A stretch of DNA of 64,000 bases from Octopus sinensis. Its lineage: Eukaryota. Position numbers and translations under genes: made by a program. Below the pieces are notes generated by a model, which had not been told where the DNA came from, ran no database searches, and saw only the letters and a list, made by a program, of their open reading frames with translations. The stretch spans positions 1 to 64,000 of the forward strand of contig NW_021833574.1 of NCBI RefSeq assembly GCF_006345805.1. The letters are read 5' to 3'. Shown here in pieces: positions 23,993 to 36,705 of the stretch. Each line of letters starts with the position of its first letter. Within the stretch, counting starts at the first letter, position 1.

Positions 23993-24419
23993 GTTATTAT
24001 TATTATTGAGTGAGAGCAGTGCATGCCATCAAAGTGACACTGGGGTAAAACATACGAAGCCCAGTATACCCATCGTGACTACCCCGTCTGATAAGGGTAC
24101 ACCAGGCACATGCATCACAACACCATATGTGCGCGACCATGGTGATCTCATATCAAGATAAACGCACATGACCTTGCAGGTGGGGCCCAGTTAGAATTTT
24201 CTTCTGGTCGAGTAACCCATCCCGCTCAAAAGGTCCCTGAATAAGGCTTGTTTCAGTTAACTGATAGATTCACATAAGGAGAAACGTCGAGATACCTTAC
24301 ATACGAACAAGAGGGGCCGCGTGGCTAAGACGTTCTCTTCGTACCCTCGAAACTTCAGATTCAATTTCACTGCATGCTGCCTGGTTAATTGCCATAAGTA
24401 TAGCAATGTGAGGATGTAC

Positions 24420-24586
24420 AGGTATGTATGTATGTATGTATGTATGTATGTATGTATGTATGTATGTATGTATGTATGTATGTATGTATGCATGTATGTA
24501 TGTATGTATATATATATGTGTATGAGGGTATATGTGTGTGTGTGCGAATGGATGGATGAATGAATGTATGTAAGTATGTATGTATT

Positions 24587-24668
<82 letters not shown>

Positions 24669-24760
24669 TAGACAGATAGATAGACAGACGGACAGATAGA
24701 CAGATAGATAGACAGATAGACGGACTGACAGAAAGATAGACAGGCAGGTAGACATACAGA
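24420..24760. repeat. (TATG)n and (GATA/GACA)n microsatellites
   Basis: Direct reading. Confidence 0.95.
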
Positions 24761-24894
24761 CAGAAAGATAAATTGAATAATTTGAGGACTCAGCTTGCTT
24801 GAGTACTTGTGAATCATTTACTATAAGTTTTCTTGAGTGGACGGCAAGGCCTGCTTTGCTTCATGCCAGAAAACCATAATGACAGATAAGGTTT

Positions 24895-25123
24895 CTTATT
24901 TCTTTATTGCCCACAAGGACTAAACATAGAGAGGACAAACAAGGACAGACAAAGAGATTGAGTCGATTACATCGACCCCAGTGTGTAAATGGTACTTAAT
25001 TTATCGACCCCGAAAGGATGAAAGGCAAAGTCGACCTCGGTGGAATTTGAACTCAGAACGTAACGGAAGACGAAATACCGCTAAGCATTTCGCCCGGCCT
25101 GCTAACGATTCTACCACCTCGCC
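24895..25123 (-). mobile_element. SINE family B (short-tail type)
   Basis: Near consensus. Confidence 0.9.
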
Positions 25124-25185
25124 ACATGACAGATAAGGTTTTGGTTTAGGGGAGCAGCGTTTTGCTAGCGTGCGTTCAAGCCTTA

Positions 25186-25225
<40 letters not shown>

Positions 25226-25228
25226 GTA

Positions 25229-25625
25229 GAGGCCATAGTAGAAGACACATGTCCAAGGTGCCACGCAGTGGGACTGAACGCGGAACCATGTGGTTGTATA
25301 TATATATACAAATCTTTGTGAGTGGATTTGGCAGACAGAAACTGAAAGAAGCCCGTCGTATATATGTATATATATATATGTGTGCGTGCGTGTGTGTGTG
25401 TGTGTGCGTGTGTGTAGGTATGTTTGTGTGTGTGTGTGTTTGTCCCCTCACCATCGCCTGGTAACCGATGTTGGTGTGTTTACGTCCCCGTAACTTAGCG
25501 GTTCGTCTAAGAGTCCGATAGAATAAGTACTAGGCTTACAAAGAATAAGTGCTGGGGTTGATGTGTTCGAGTAAAGGTGATGCTCCAGCATGGTCACAGT
25601 CAACATGACTGAAACAAATAAAAAA
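25229..25625 (+). mobile_element. SINE family A with inverted 5' segment
   Basis: 25229-25296 is antisense (consensus caaccacatgg to ctatagcctc); 25310-25625 is sense, resuming at aaa..ttgtgagtgg. Confidence 0.8.
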
Positions 25626-25644
25626 GTGTGTATGAATGTATGTA

Positions 25645-25770
25645 TACTCTCTTTTACTCTTTTACTCTTTTACTTGTTTCAGTCATTTGACTGCGGCCAT
25701 GCTGGAGCACCGCCTTTGGTCGACCCGGGGACTTATTCTTTGTAAGCCCAGTACTTATTCTATCGGTATG
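25645..25770 (-). mobile_element. SINE family A, 3' fragment
   Basis: (cttttact)n tgtttcagtcatttgactgcggcc...cttattctatcgg. Confidence 0.9.
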
Positions 25771-26744
25771 TATGTATCTATGATAAAATAAGCTAAGATA
25801 AGATAAGATAGACAAGACAGATAAGGTAAATAAAAATGACACGATACGAGAGATAAGAAAAATGAAAGATAGAGAAGATACAGGAAAAGAGATTGCTGAT
25901 CTGCCATAGAAATATGAATGGTAAGAGATCAATCACTCGTAATAATAGCGTTTGTGTATTTTGTGCAACGCAGTATAGAAAAGACAGAAATAGACAAAGT
26001 GAAATTTAACACTAAGGTAGATATTGATACAAGGGAGGGCGGGTGGTTACTGACACCACGCCCTTTCTCTATGCATGTATCTATTTATGCATTACATATA
26101 TGTACACTCCTTCTCTCTCTTTCTCGCGCATTCTCTCTTTCTCTTTCTCTCTATCCATCTACCTACCTATATATATATATATATATATATATAGGAAACA
26201 AGGAAAATGCCACTTGTATTTGAACACTATACAAATATTCTTTTAAAAAAAAACTTTTCTTTTAATTTTTCTAAATGTAATTATTTAATTGTTACAGTTT
26301 AAAAAGCCTCAATGACTGAAACCGGTACTGAAATGTTATTTTATAAAATTATTTTAGCATTTTCTATCTTGACTTTTTTTCCATATATATATATATATAT
26401 ATATACATACATACACACGCGCAGATAGATTAGACAGAAAGAAAGACAGACAGACAGACAGTCAGAAAGAAAGAAATATGCAAATATATCTTTAACTAGG
26501 AATTTTTCCTCTGTCTACTTCATTATGATTTTCGATATTCTAAATGTGGTGTGGCTTGGCTGTTCTTCTGTAAGGAGAGCTGAAGTCAGCTTTGTAGCAT
26601 TCAATCAGAAAAACATAAATCGTTTTACTTGAGCAAGTTGAGGTGAAATAGAACTGTTTTATAGTTTCTTGTGAAGTGACGTATTGATGTGAACAAAAAC
26701 CTGATAGGTGCAAGCGCTGTTGTGAGGTTAAATGAGTTTGCTTC

Positions 26745-26880
26745 GTCATTCTGTACTTCCGGGTTCGGTCCTGTTCGTACGGCACGTTGGACAAGTCATT
26801 TACTTCTGGAATAGCTTCGAGGCGACCCAAGTGTTTTGTAAGTGAAGTAATGTCAATGGAAATGGCACGAAATCCTGTTG
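26745..26880 (+). mobile_element. Old SINE family A fragment
   Basis: ttccgggttcggtcc..g.acggcacgttggacaagt, degenerate. Confidence 0.55.
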
Positions 26881-26889
26881 GATGAACCA

Positions 26890-27179
26890 CAGTAATCCCT
26901 CGCCTTATCGCAGTTCACATGTAAAGACCCTCGTTTGGTCCAACTTGAGATTCGATTTCTAATCTCAGGTAGGACCAAACGAAGTCTCTGTCTTTACACA
27001 CCTACCGCGCACTCACTACATCGCGGATTTTTCTGGTTAATATACGTAAATTTATATCGCGGTCTCCTCACTATATCGCGGATTTCTGCGGCCGATAGGT
27101 ATTTATATTTTTGTAGATTTAAATTATTTCCTGTGGGAGGTTTTCGAACGTAACACCCGCGATAGTCGAGGGATCACTA
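26890..27179. mobile_element. Non-autonomous Tc1/mariner-type MITE
   Basis: TIRs cagtaatccctcgccttatcgcag / ccgcgatagtcgagggatcact; related copy at 34188-34818. Confidence 0.75.
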
Positions 27180-27557
27180 TACACCTATTTGAGGGACTTG
27201 ATTGTTATCTAGTTTGACATCTCTTCACACTTGGCTTCTTGGATGCTTTTAGTGGACGCCCAGTTTGTTGCTGGCATTCGAGTGAAATTTGAACGGAATT
27301 TGGCACCAGCTTCTTACCGTGATAACTCAAGATAGTGCTTATTTACCTCCACCCTGAGACCAGTCCAAGACACCCTAGAATAAGTTAGGGATGTTATTCG
27401 TCTTCTAATCAAGCCATAAAAATTTGTTCTATTCAGTCATAAGCCAACATTCATCAAGTAAACTTATGCTCAAATGCGGCATTCCAGCCATGGCTAATAC
27501 TTTTATTGCTGTTTCTTTTTTTTTTTTTTTTGCCTAATGCCTTCACGTTTATTAGAC

Positions 27558-27630
27558 AGTGGAATGTGATTTAAAGGGTGATTTTATGCTCCCTTATTTT
27601 TCTAGCAGGTCAAGCGGCTGCCTTGAGGCA
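27558..27630. mobile_element. Unclassified dispersed repeat (family F) fragment
   Basis: atgtgatttaaagggtgatttt...tttctagcaggtcaagcg; related to 43505-43610, 54985-55075 and 57382-57430. Confidence 0.5.
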
Positions 27631-27820
27631 CACTTGTTAGTTCAGGCTTCTCATGCTCTTACTGCTATTGCTGTTGTTGTTTAACCCCAGGTTAGCCCTG
27701 ATCGGTCAGATGGATATACAATCGTGAGCACGCAGACATTTGTTCCCGAATAGTGTACCTAGGACTACATTATCCGGTGTGTGTATTCACTGGCGTCGAT
27801 TGCCAAAATGTATCCTTTGT

Positions 27821-28263
27821 AATCCTTTCTACTAAAGGCACAGGGCCTGAAATTTGGGGGGAGGGGACTAGTCGATTATATCTACAACAGTATTCAACTG
27901 GTACTTATTTTATCGACTCCGAAAGGATGAAAAGCAAAGTCGACCTCAGTGGAATTTGAACTCAGATCGTAAAGACAGACGAAATATCGGTAAGCATCTT
28001 GCCTAACACGCTAACGATTCTGCCAGATCGCAGCCGTAATGGTAATCCTTTCTACTATGGGCACAAGGCTTGCAATTTCGGTGGGTAGGGGAGAAGGCCA
28101 GTCGATTACATTGACCCCCAGTGCGTAACTGGTACTTATTTCCTTGACCCCGAAAGGATGAAAGGCAAAGTCGACCCCTGCGGAATGTAAAAAGAACAAA
28201 AAGTTGAACGACACCAATAAGCATTTTTTTTTCCGGCGCGCAAACTATTCTGCCAGCTCGCCT
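27821..28263 (-). mobile_element. Two tandem SINE family B copies (long-tail type)
   Basis: Each begins aatcctttctact...aggc.tg.aattt. Confidence 0.88.
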
Positions 28264-28481
28264 CTCTGAATGTAACTTCAATAGTGAACTTATATATATG
28301 TGTGTATATATATATATATGTGTGTGTTTGTTCCTCTCTACCGCTCGACAACCGGTATTGGTTGAATATCAGGAAACCTCAAATCCACTAAATACAAAAA
28401 AAGGCAGGGCTGTTGACGCCGATTTGAGCATTAAATAACTCACTGTTACACACGCATTCACACACACAAACCAAACGACGT

Positions 28482-28930
28482 ATAATCCTTTCTACTGGAA
28501 GCTCAAGGCCTCGAATTTTGGCCGAAGAGATTAAGTCGATTACATCGACCCCAGTGCGTAAATGGTGCTAATTTTATCGACGCCGAAAGGATGAAAGGCA
28601 AAGCCAACCTCGGTGGAATTTGAACTCAGAACGTAGCAGCAGACGAAATAGCGCTAAGAATTTCGCCCGGCGTGCTAACGATTCTGCCAGCTCGCCAATT
28701 TGGCACTGATATAATCTTCTTTTCTGCTCTAGGCATAAGGCCCGAAATGATTGGGGAGGGAGCCAGTTGATTATATCGACCCCAGTATGCAACTGGTACT
28801 TGATTTATCGACCCCGAAAGGATGAAAAGCAAGGTCGACCTCGGCGGAATTTGAACTCAGAACGTAAAGACAGAGCAAATACTTCAAGCATTTCGCCCGG
28901 CGTGCTAACGATTATGCCAGCTCGCCGCCT
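28482..28930 (-). mobile_element. Two tandem SINE family B copies
   Basis: Near consensus. Confidence 0.9.
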
Positions 28931-29360
28931 TGAAACCTCTTATAATAAAAACCAATTGTGTTTCTTATAATTTGACAATTTTCTGTTTTAAGGGTCAGGC
29001 TCTTTGGTAAACACTACAGCTTGCGCCTCCTCTTCATCCTCAGCACAACGTTCAACCATTTGAAGAAAATAACGCCTGTCAACTCAAAAGAAACAACATT
29101 TGAACGAGCTAACAAGGAAATCGCGATATAAACGACGATCTGTTAGAAACAACAGCCAAATCGTCGCGCAATTTATAACACTTAATATTTTTAGAAAAGA
29201 ATATATTGAACAATATAGGCTTTGATACACTGTCAGAATAAAAGACGTGTTCTCCATGGCCGGAAGGGTAGACTTTGAACGTAGGTAAGCTCAATTAGGG
29301 CTCAACTAGGACTAAACTACAATAGAAGGGAAAACAATAACGAGGACGGAGGCGTGATAG

Positions 29361-29684
29361 CGGTGACGGTAGACGACGGCAGGCGACGGTAGACGACGGC
29401 AGACGACGGTAGATGACGGCAGGCAACGGTAGATGACGGCAGGCGACGGTAAGCGACGGCAGATGACGGTAGATGACGGCAGACGACGGTATATGACGGC
29501 AGACGACGGTAGATGACGGCAGACGACGGTAGATGACGGCAGGCGACGGTAAGTGACGGCAGACGACGGTAGATGACGGCAGGCGACGGTAAGCGACGGC
29601 AGACGACGGTTGATGACGGCAGGCGACGGTAAGCGACGGCAGACGACGGTTGATGACGGCAGGCGACGGAAGACGATGGCAGAC
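29361..29684. repeat. CpG-rich 10-bp minisatellite (agacgacggt/agatgacggc) with higher-order structure
   Basis: About 32 decamers in exact 10-nt register, ending alternately in ggc and ggt. Confidence 0.95.
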
Positions 29685-30090
29685 AACAAAATGGCCACCT
29701 ACTTAACACCTGTATCACACTCATCAAATATTGCCATAAAACTAGCAAAATATTTAACATTATCTTATCGCCATTCCGCCCCCCTCTCTCTCTCTCTTCT
29801 CTCTCTCTATGTTTCTAAATCTGCAACTCTCCCTCTCTGTCCTTCACTTCTCCTTCTGTGCATTTGTTTATTCCTCTATCTCTCTATCCATCTCTCTTTG
29901 TTACTCGTCTTTATCGTTCCTATGCCGACCTCTGCTCCGACGAAACGATAACGCATCACTGATAAGCGTTTAGGAGATTCATTTTACACATAACTGAAAT
30001 AATTTACAAAACAATATTCCGCACAATCATTTATAGCCTCCCACAAATAAATAAACACTCACACACACACACACATATATATATATGTGT

Positions 30091-30127
<37 letters not shown>

Positions 30128-30131
30128 CATG

Positions 30132-30177
<46 letters not shown>

Positions 30178-30433
30178 TACAAAATTAGAGAATGGAGAAA
30201 CATGCTTAAATCAATAAAACATCAACTATCCGATGATACCCAATCAATACTTTAATACACCATTACATATGAGTAAAGGCATTCAAAATATACAGTAATA
30301 GTAAAAGTAAAAAGACAAAGAGATATAAGTAAAAAATTTCAAATATAATATGTAATTAAATTGTTGGGTACCTATCTGGCAGTATATTGGATATATATTA
30401 TCCCATGGTGGGTTGAATTCTCAACCCCTATCT

Positions 30434-30475
<42 letters not shown>

Positions 30476-30944
30476 TATATATACATATACATAACACACG
30501 CGCATACACACACACACGCACTTGCACGGCACACACACACACACACACACACACGTACACGCTCGCACGCACGCACACAAACACACACACATAGACATAT
30601 ATACACACACACGCAAGCACGCACACACGCACACACTCATCAAAGACAGGAATGCATGGGATTTTATTTTTCCGAAAGTTCAAATTAAGGGAGGTTTGCT
30701 GCTATTATTAGCAACTTGAAATACAACGTGCAGGTACTTTTTTACGGTGGTAAAACACATTTTTCTGTCTGTTTGTCTCAGCAAGGGGAAGCTGCTGACC
30801 TCCCCTGTTCGAAGGTTATAATGGACACAGGTTTTTGTGTCACATAGCTGGCTAGAGGCGATGGCCGCTTGGAGCTAATCAACGGCAGAATTCGTCCTAT
30901 TTATCTAGACTGCCATGTTACGTTGGCGATAACTATTAATACAT

Positions 30945-30975
<31 letters not shown>

Positions 30976-31096
30976 ATAAAAGGTGTGAAATTAATTAATT
31001 AGGGATAATTATCATGGTGTAATTAAATCTACTTGGGGCTTTTACATGCTGAATATATTATATATATAATAATATATATATATATATATATAGGTG

Positions 31097-31389
31097 GCAT
31101 ATTGCCATTTGAATATGGCTAACCTTAAGGGTGGATGCTACTGTAGTTTGTAGCCCCAGGAAGATATCTCTTCCAGCTGGCTATAGACACACTATCTGTG
31201 TCCTCTCAGTACTTGTGAAGGGAGTCATCCTCCCGTCTTCCCCGTCTTCCCAGATGACTCCCCTTCACAAGTACTGAGGAGGACACAGATAGTGTGTCTA
31301 TAGCCAGCTGGAAGAGATATGTTCCTGGGGCTACAAACTACAGTAGCATCCATCCTTAAGGGTTAGCCAAATTCAAATGGCAAATATGC
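31097..31389. repeat. Long near-perfect inverted repeat (133/137-bp arms, 23-nt loop)
   Basis: 31097-31229 is the reverse complement of 31253-31389 with 3 substitutions and 4 one-base indels. Confidence 0.97.
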
Positions 31390-32090
31390 GTCACGATGTG
31401 TTACCGCTACTGTTTATAACTCGCTCTGAGATTTATCATTATATATATATATATATATATTTGTGACTATTCGGTGGTACAGAAGTATGTTTCGACTTCT
31501 AATTTTTAGCGACATAGGTACTCATGTAGTACCCTAGTGTATATATATGTACATATCTAATATTGCATGTATAATTTTATTAATTTGCCTGTGCGGCTGA
31601 TAATTCGCTTACCCACCGTGACGGCATTTTAATATCATCCCTATAATATATATATATATCTATATAATATATATATATATATATATAATATATATATATA
31701 TATGTATGTATATATATATAAATCAATATTTTTACGTTTAATGTGAGAAATTTAATAAAAACATCAGGGAGCAAAACTAAGGAGTGGTTGTAACTGTAAT
31801 TAAGCATATCCTGCGTTGCGGAAGAGTTGTGTTCATAAAATATCGCCTGTAACGCGGATTCGTGCAATGCGAAATTTCTCAGCTTTCCATTTCATTGCCA
31901 ATCTGTGTTGTATGAATGAGAACCATGAGAAGATAGATTTTGTGTAAAGGAACATTACGATAGGATAGGGAATTTTACGAGCACAACACTTCCGTAAAGC
32001 GGGGAAAGCTTGTACCCGAGCGGGAGAAAAGAAAGGGAACAAGAGAATGGAATGCACACGCGCCTGCGCACAAACACACACACACACACG

Positions 32091-32130
<40 letters not shown>

Positions 32131-32197
32131 ACATATGCATGTATTTAATATTATGTGTAGTATATATGTATATATATGTATTGTATATATATGTGTA

Positions 32198-32269
<72 letters not shown>

Positions 32270-32410
32270 GATCTAAGTTATATGATTTATAAAAACATGT
32301 AACAATACTATAATATCTGTAAATATAAACCATCCATTTCTGAGTACCTCATTTCTTCTAATATATAATACCTGTACATCATCTCCAGACCTTCCAATAT
32401 ATATATATTT

Positions 32411-32591
32411 TGTGGTAAGTAGCTTGCTAACCAACCACATGGTTCCGGGTTCAGTCCCACTGCGTGGCATCTTGGGCAAGTGTCTTCTGCTATAGCCCCG
32501 GCCCACCAATGCCTTGTCAGTGGATTTGGTAGAGGGAAAACTGAAAGAAGCCTGTCGTATATATGTTATTATCTATATATATATATATTAG

Positions 32592-32622
<31 letters not shown>

Positions 32623-32633
32623 ATATATATATA

Positions 32634-32678
<45 letters not shown>

Positions 32679-32889
32679 GTATGTGTGTGTGTTTGTGTGT
32701 CTGTGTTTGTTCCCCTAGCATTGCTTGACAACCGATGCTGGTGTGTTTACGTCCCCGTTACTTAGCGGTTCGGCAAAAAGAGACCGATAGAATAGGTACT
32801 GGGCTTACAAAAAGAATAAGTCCTGACTAAAGGCGGTGCTCCAGCATAGCCGCAGTCAAATGACTGAAACAAGTAAAAGAGTAAAAGAG
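32411..32889 (+). mobile_element. SINE family A, near full length with expanded internal (TA)n
   Basis: Head through taaaagagtaaaagag tail. Confidence 0.92.
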
Positions 32890-33390
32890 TATGTGTGTAT
32901 ATACATACATATGTACATGTGTGTGTGTGTGTGTGTTTTAGGTTCAAAATGTGGGATCGCATAATATTCGACATCACATTCTGTTCCAGTAGACGGTGAG
33001 AGAGAGAGGGAGGTAGGAGGGAGAGAGAGAGTGAGTGGCGAAGAGTGTGTGATAGACAAAGGGAGAGACAGATAGACAGTGATAGAGTAAGAGACAGACA
33101 GGAAGACAGGCAGACAGCCGGGCAGACGGTGAGTCCCGGCTGAGACTGACAGCTGTGTCTGTGTCGTGATAGGAGTTCAAGTTCCCAGCTGAAGCAACAG
33201 GTGGCGCTAGTGATACTATTTACATCTTTCACTAGGCTGCCATGCTTTCACTATGCTTCTAAGCTAAAAAAAAATCACAACCTCCACTGACACACACACA
33301 CACTAACACACACGCACAAATGCGTACACACACACACACACACACACACACGCATATATAGATGCATAATTATATACAGGACATTATCCT

Positions 33391-33829
33391 TTTACTTGTT
33401 TCAGTCATTTGACTGTGGCCATGCCGGAGCACCGCCTTTAGTCGAGTACATCTACCCCCAGTACTTATTCTTTGTAAGCCTAGTACTTATTCTATCTGTC
33501 ACTTTTGTCGAACCGCTAAGTTACGGATACGTAAACACACCAGCATCGGTTGTCAAGCAGTGTTGGGGGGGGGATAAACACAGACACACAAACATATACA
33601 CATACATACATATATACATACATACAAATATATATATATATATATAATATATATACATATATACATATATACGACGGGCTTCTTTCAGTTTCCGTCAACC
33701 AAATCCACTCACAAGGCTTTGGTCGGCCTGAGGCTATAGTAGAAGACACTTGCTCAAGGCGCCACACAGTGGGATTGAACCCGGAACCATGTGATTCGTA
33801 AGCAAGCTACTTACCACACAGCCACTCCT
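33391..33829 (-). mobile_element. SINE family A, full length
   Basis: Reverse complement of the consensus. Confidence 0.92.
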
Positions 33830-33831
33830 AT

Positions 33832-34165
33832 GGCACTACGTCGGTTACGACGACGAAGGTTCCAATCAATCCGATCAACGGAACAGCCTGCTCGTGAAAT
33901 TAACGTGCAAGTGGCTGAGCACTCCGCAGACACGTGTACTCTTAACGTAGTTCTCGGGGGAGATTCAGTGTGACACAGAGTGTGACAAGGCTGGCCCCTT
34001 CAAAATACAGGTACAACAGAAACAGGAAGAAAGAGTGAAAGAAAGTTGTGGTGAAAAGGTACAGCAAGGTTCGCCACAACCTCTTGACGGAGCCTCAGGT
34101 GTTTCGGCTCAATAGACACTCACAACGTGAGTCCGTTGCCCTATCCACTGGGTCACTGCGCCTCC
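33832..34165 (-). mobile_element. SINE family C (C head, X tail), diverged
   Basis: gtcggttacgacgacga...aacagcctgctcgtgaaattaacgtg...cactgcgcctcc. Confidence 0.85.
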
Positions 34166-34187
34166 ACACATTATAAATACATACATA

Positions 34188-34818
34188 TTGTAATCCCTCG
34201 ATCATCGCGGGTGTTAAGTTTCAAAACCTCACGCAATAGGTGAAAACCTGCAGAGACAGTACTGTACTGCATATGTTAAAAATTATCTTTTTTTTTTTTG
34301 TTTCAGTCATTTTGACTGCGGCCATGCTGGTGCACCGCCTTTAATCGAGCAACTTGACCCCAGGACTTATTCTTTGTAAGCCCAGTACTTATTCTATCAG
34401 TCTCTTGTGCCGAACCGCTAAGTGACGGGGACATAAACACACTAGCATAGGTTGTCAAGCAATGCTAGGGGGACAAACACAGATACACAAGCACACGCAC
34501 ACATACGTACATATACATATATACGACGGGCTTCTTTCAGTTTGCGTCTACCAAATCCACTCACAAGGCTTTGGTCGGCCCGAGGCTATAGTAGAAGACA
34601 CTTGCCCAAGGTGCCACGCAGTGGGAGTGAACCTGGAACCATGTGGTTCGTAAGCAAGCTACTTACCACACAGCCACTCCTGCGCCTATATCTATTTGAT
34701 AAAAACTGCAAAACAACACCATGGAGGAATCGATGTAAGCTTAAATAATGAACCGCGATAGGCGAACCGCGATAGGCGAACCGCGATAGGCAAACAGCGA
34801 TATGACGAGGGATTACTG
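34188..34818. mobile_element. Tc1/mariner-type MITE interrupted by a SINE A
   Basis: Ends gtaatccctcgatcatcgcgg / gcgatatgacgagggattactg-ta. Confidence 0.75.
34299..34686 (-). mobile_element. SINE family A, full length, nested in the MITE
   Basis: Ends in cacagccactcctgcgcc. Confidence 0.92.
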
Positions 34819-34948
34819 TATATACATACATATTCTTTTATCCTGTTATTTGATTCAGTGATTTCACTGCGGTCATGCTGGAGCATCACCTTGAAGGGTT
34901 GTAATCGGACAAATCGACACCTGGAATTAGGTTTTTTTAGAAAGCTTT

Positions 34949-34987
<39 letters not shown>

Positions 34988-35675
34988 CATTCACAGTGGC
35001 AAAATCCTAAGATCGCGATTTCGATTCCTCAGACCACCGGTACATTTATGTTCTCATGCGAAACACTTCATTTCACGTTGACCTAGTCAGCTCAGCTTTA
35101 AATGGGTAACCCTACTCTCAAAAAACCAGATATGAGGCATGTATACGAGATGTGTCTATGAGTAATCTATACAGACTATAAACTTGAGCAGACGAGTAAC
35201 CGATGATCCAGGACACGCCGCTAGTCTATAGTGAATAACTTACTTCTCCTTTCCTTCCCCGTCACCAAAAAAAAAAAGAAAAAGAAAAAGAAGAGAAGAA
35301 GCTTTATAATCTACTTCGTTTGAACACGTTTTGTAGTGAAATAATTCATTGATTCATTATATTCATAAAAGTCTACCTGGATGTGTGACGTGGCAAGGCC
35401 AAGACAGACAGACACAGATACTCATTCAAGCATACATTCACACACAGTCACGTCCGCACACAGAGGTAAGTACACACATGCAGGTACACATGTATGTGTG
35501 TCTATATATGCACGAGTGTATATGTGAGAGAGAGAGAGAGAAGTATATATATGATGATCAAACTTATAAGCTTGAAAATATATATATATGCATACATATA
35601 TATATACATATATACGCATTTCTACACACACATATGCATATAAACAAACCCACCCAAAACACCTAGATATTAAAA

Positions 35676-35712
<37 letters not shown>

Positions 35713-35794
35713 TACACACACACACACACTCAGGTATAGTTATACATACACCCACAACACCGACTCACTCACACACGCACAGGTATGTATATAC

Positions 35795-35799
<5 letters not shown>

Positions 35800-35825
<26 letters not shown>

Positions 35826-35894
35826 CAGACAGACAGACAGACAGACAGACAGATAAACAGACATACAGACATACATACAGACAGACAGACAGAC

Positions 35895-35951
<57 letters not shown>

Positions 35952-35980
35952 TATAGATAGATAGATAGACAGACAGACTT

Positions 35981-36051
<71 letters not shown>

Positions 36052-36120
36052 CAGAGACAGACAGACAGACAGACAGACAGATAGATAGATAGGTAGGTAG
36101 ATAGATAGATTGAAAGATAT
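35800..36120. repeat. Compound (CATA)/(GACA)/(GATA)n microsatellite
   Basis: Direct reading. Confidence 0.95.
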
Positions 36121-36644
36121 GCATACCGGGGTAACACCAGCTCTCACACACAAGCATATCCCTACATACATATATACCTACATACATATATAGATACATC
36201 CATATATGTCACAGCGATTCACACACATACACAGGAATATCTATCTACGCACACACAGTACCGACTCACACACACTCACACACACGCATTCACAAAAGCC
36301 GCCAACAATGCAATTACACTTACATAACAGATATTATATTCAAACCGTATTATTACTTTTTTTATTTATTTTTGTAGTGGATTTACCTGAATTGCAACAA
36401 ATTTGTTAAAGTAAATGAACTGTAGATACACTATGCGTGCGTGTGTGCGTATGTGTGTGTGTGTGTGCGTGTGTGTGTGTGGGTGCGTGTGTGTGTGTGT
36501 GTGTGTGAATATGTTTCTTTTTCTGCATATGTATGAGTATAGATAGACAGACAGACAGATAGATAGATAGAAAGATAGATAAACAGGCAGACAGACAGAC
36601 CGAGAGACAGAAACAGATAGACAGACAGACAGACAGACAGGCAA

Positions 36645-36698
<54 letters not shown>

Positions 36699-36705
36699 GG
36701 ATAGA

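Noticed and set aside
24010-24250. Possible further retroposon family (faint similarity to 1380-1600)
   Set aside because: It looks repeat-like, but in-window support is too weak to classify or delimit.
29361-29684. CRISPR-like array
   Set aside because: No unique spacers, no cas genes, eukaryotic context. The SINE B array at 59160-61463 was rejected for the same reasons.
29312-29951. RRLPSSTVVC repeat ORFs
   Set aside because: Translation of the 10-bp minisatellite; the unit is not a multiple of three and frames are open on both strands.
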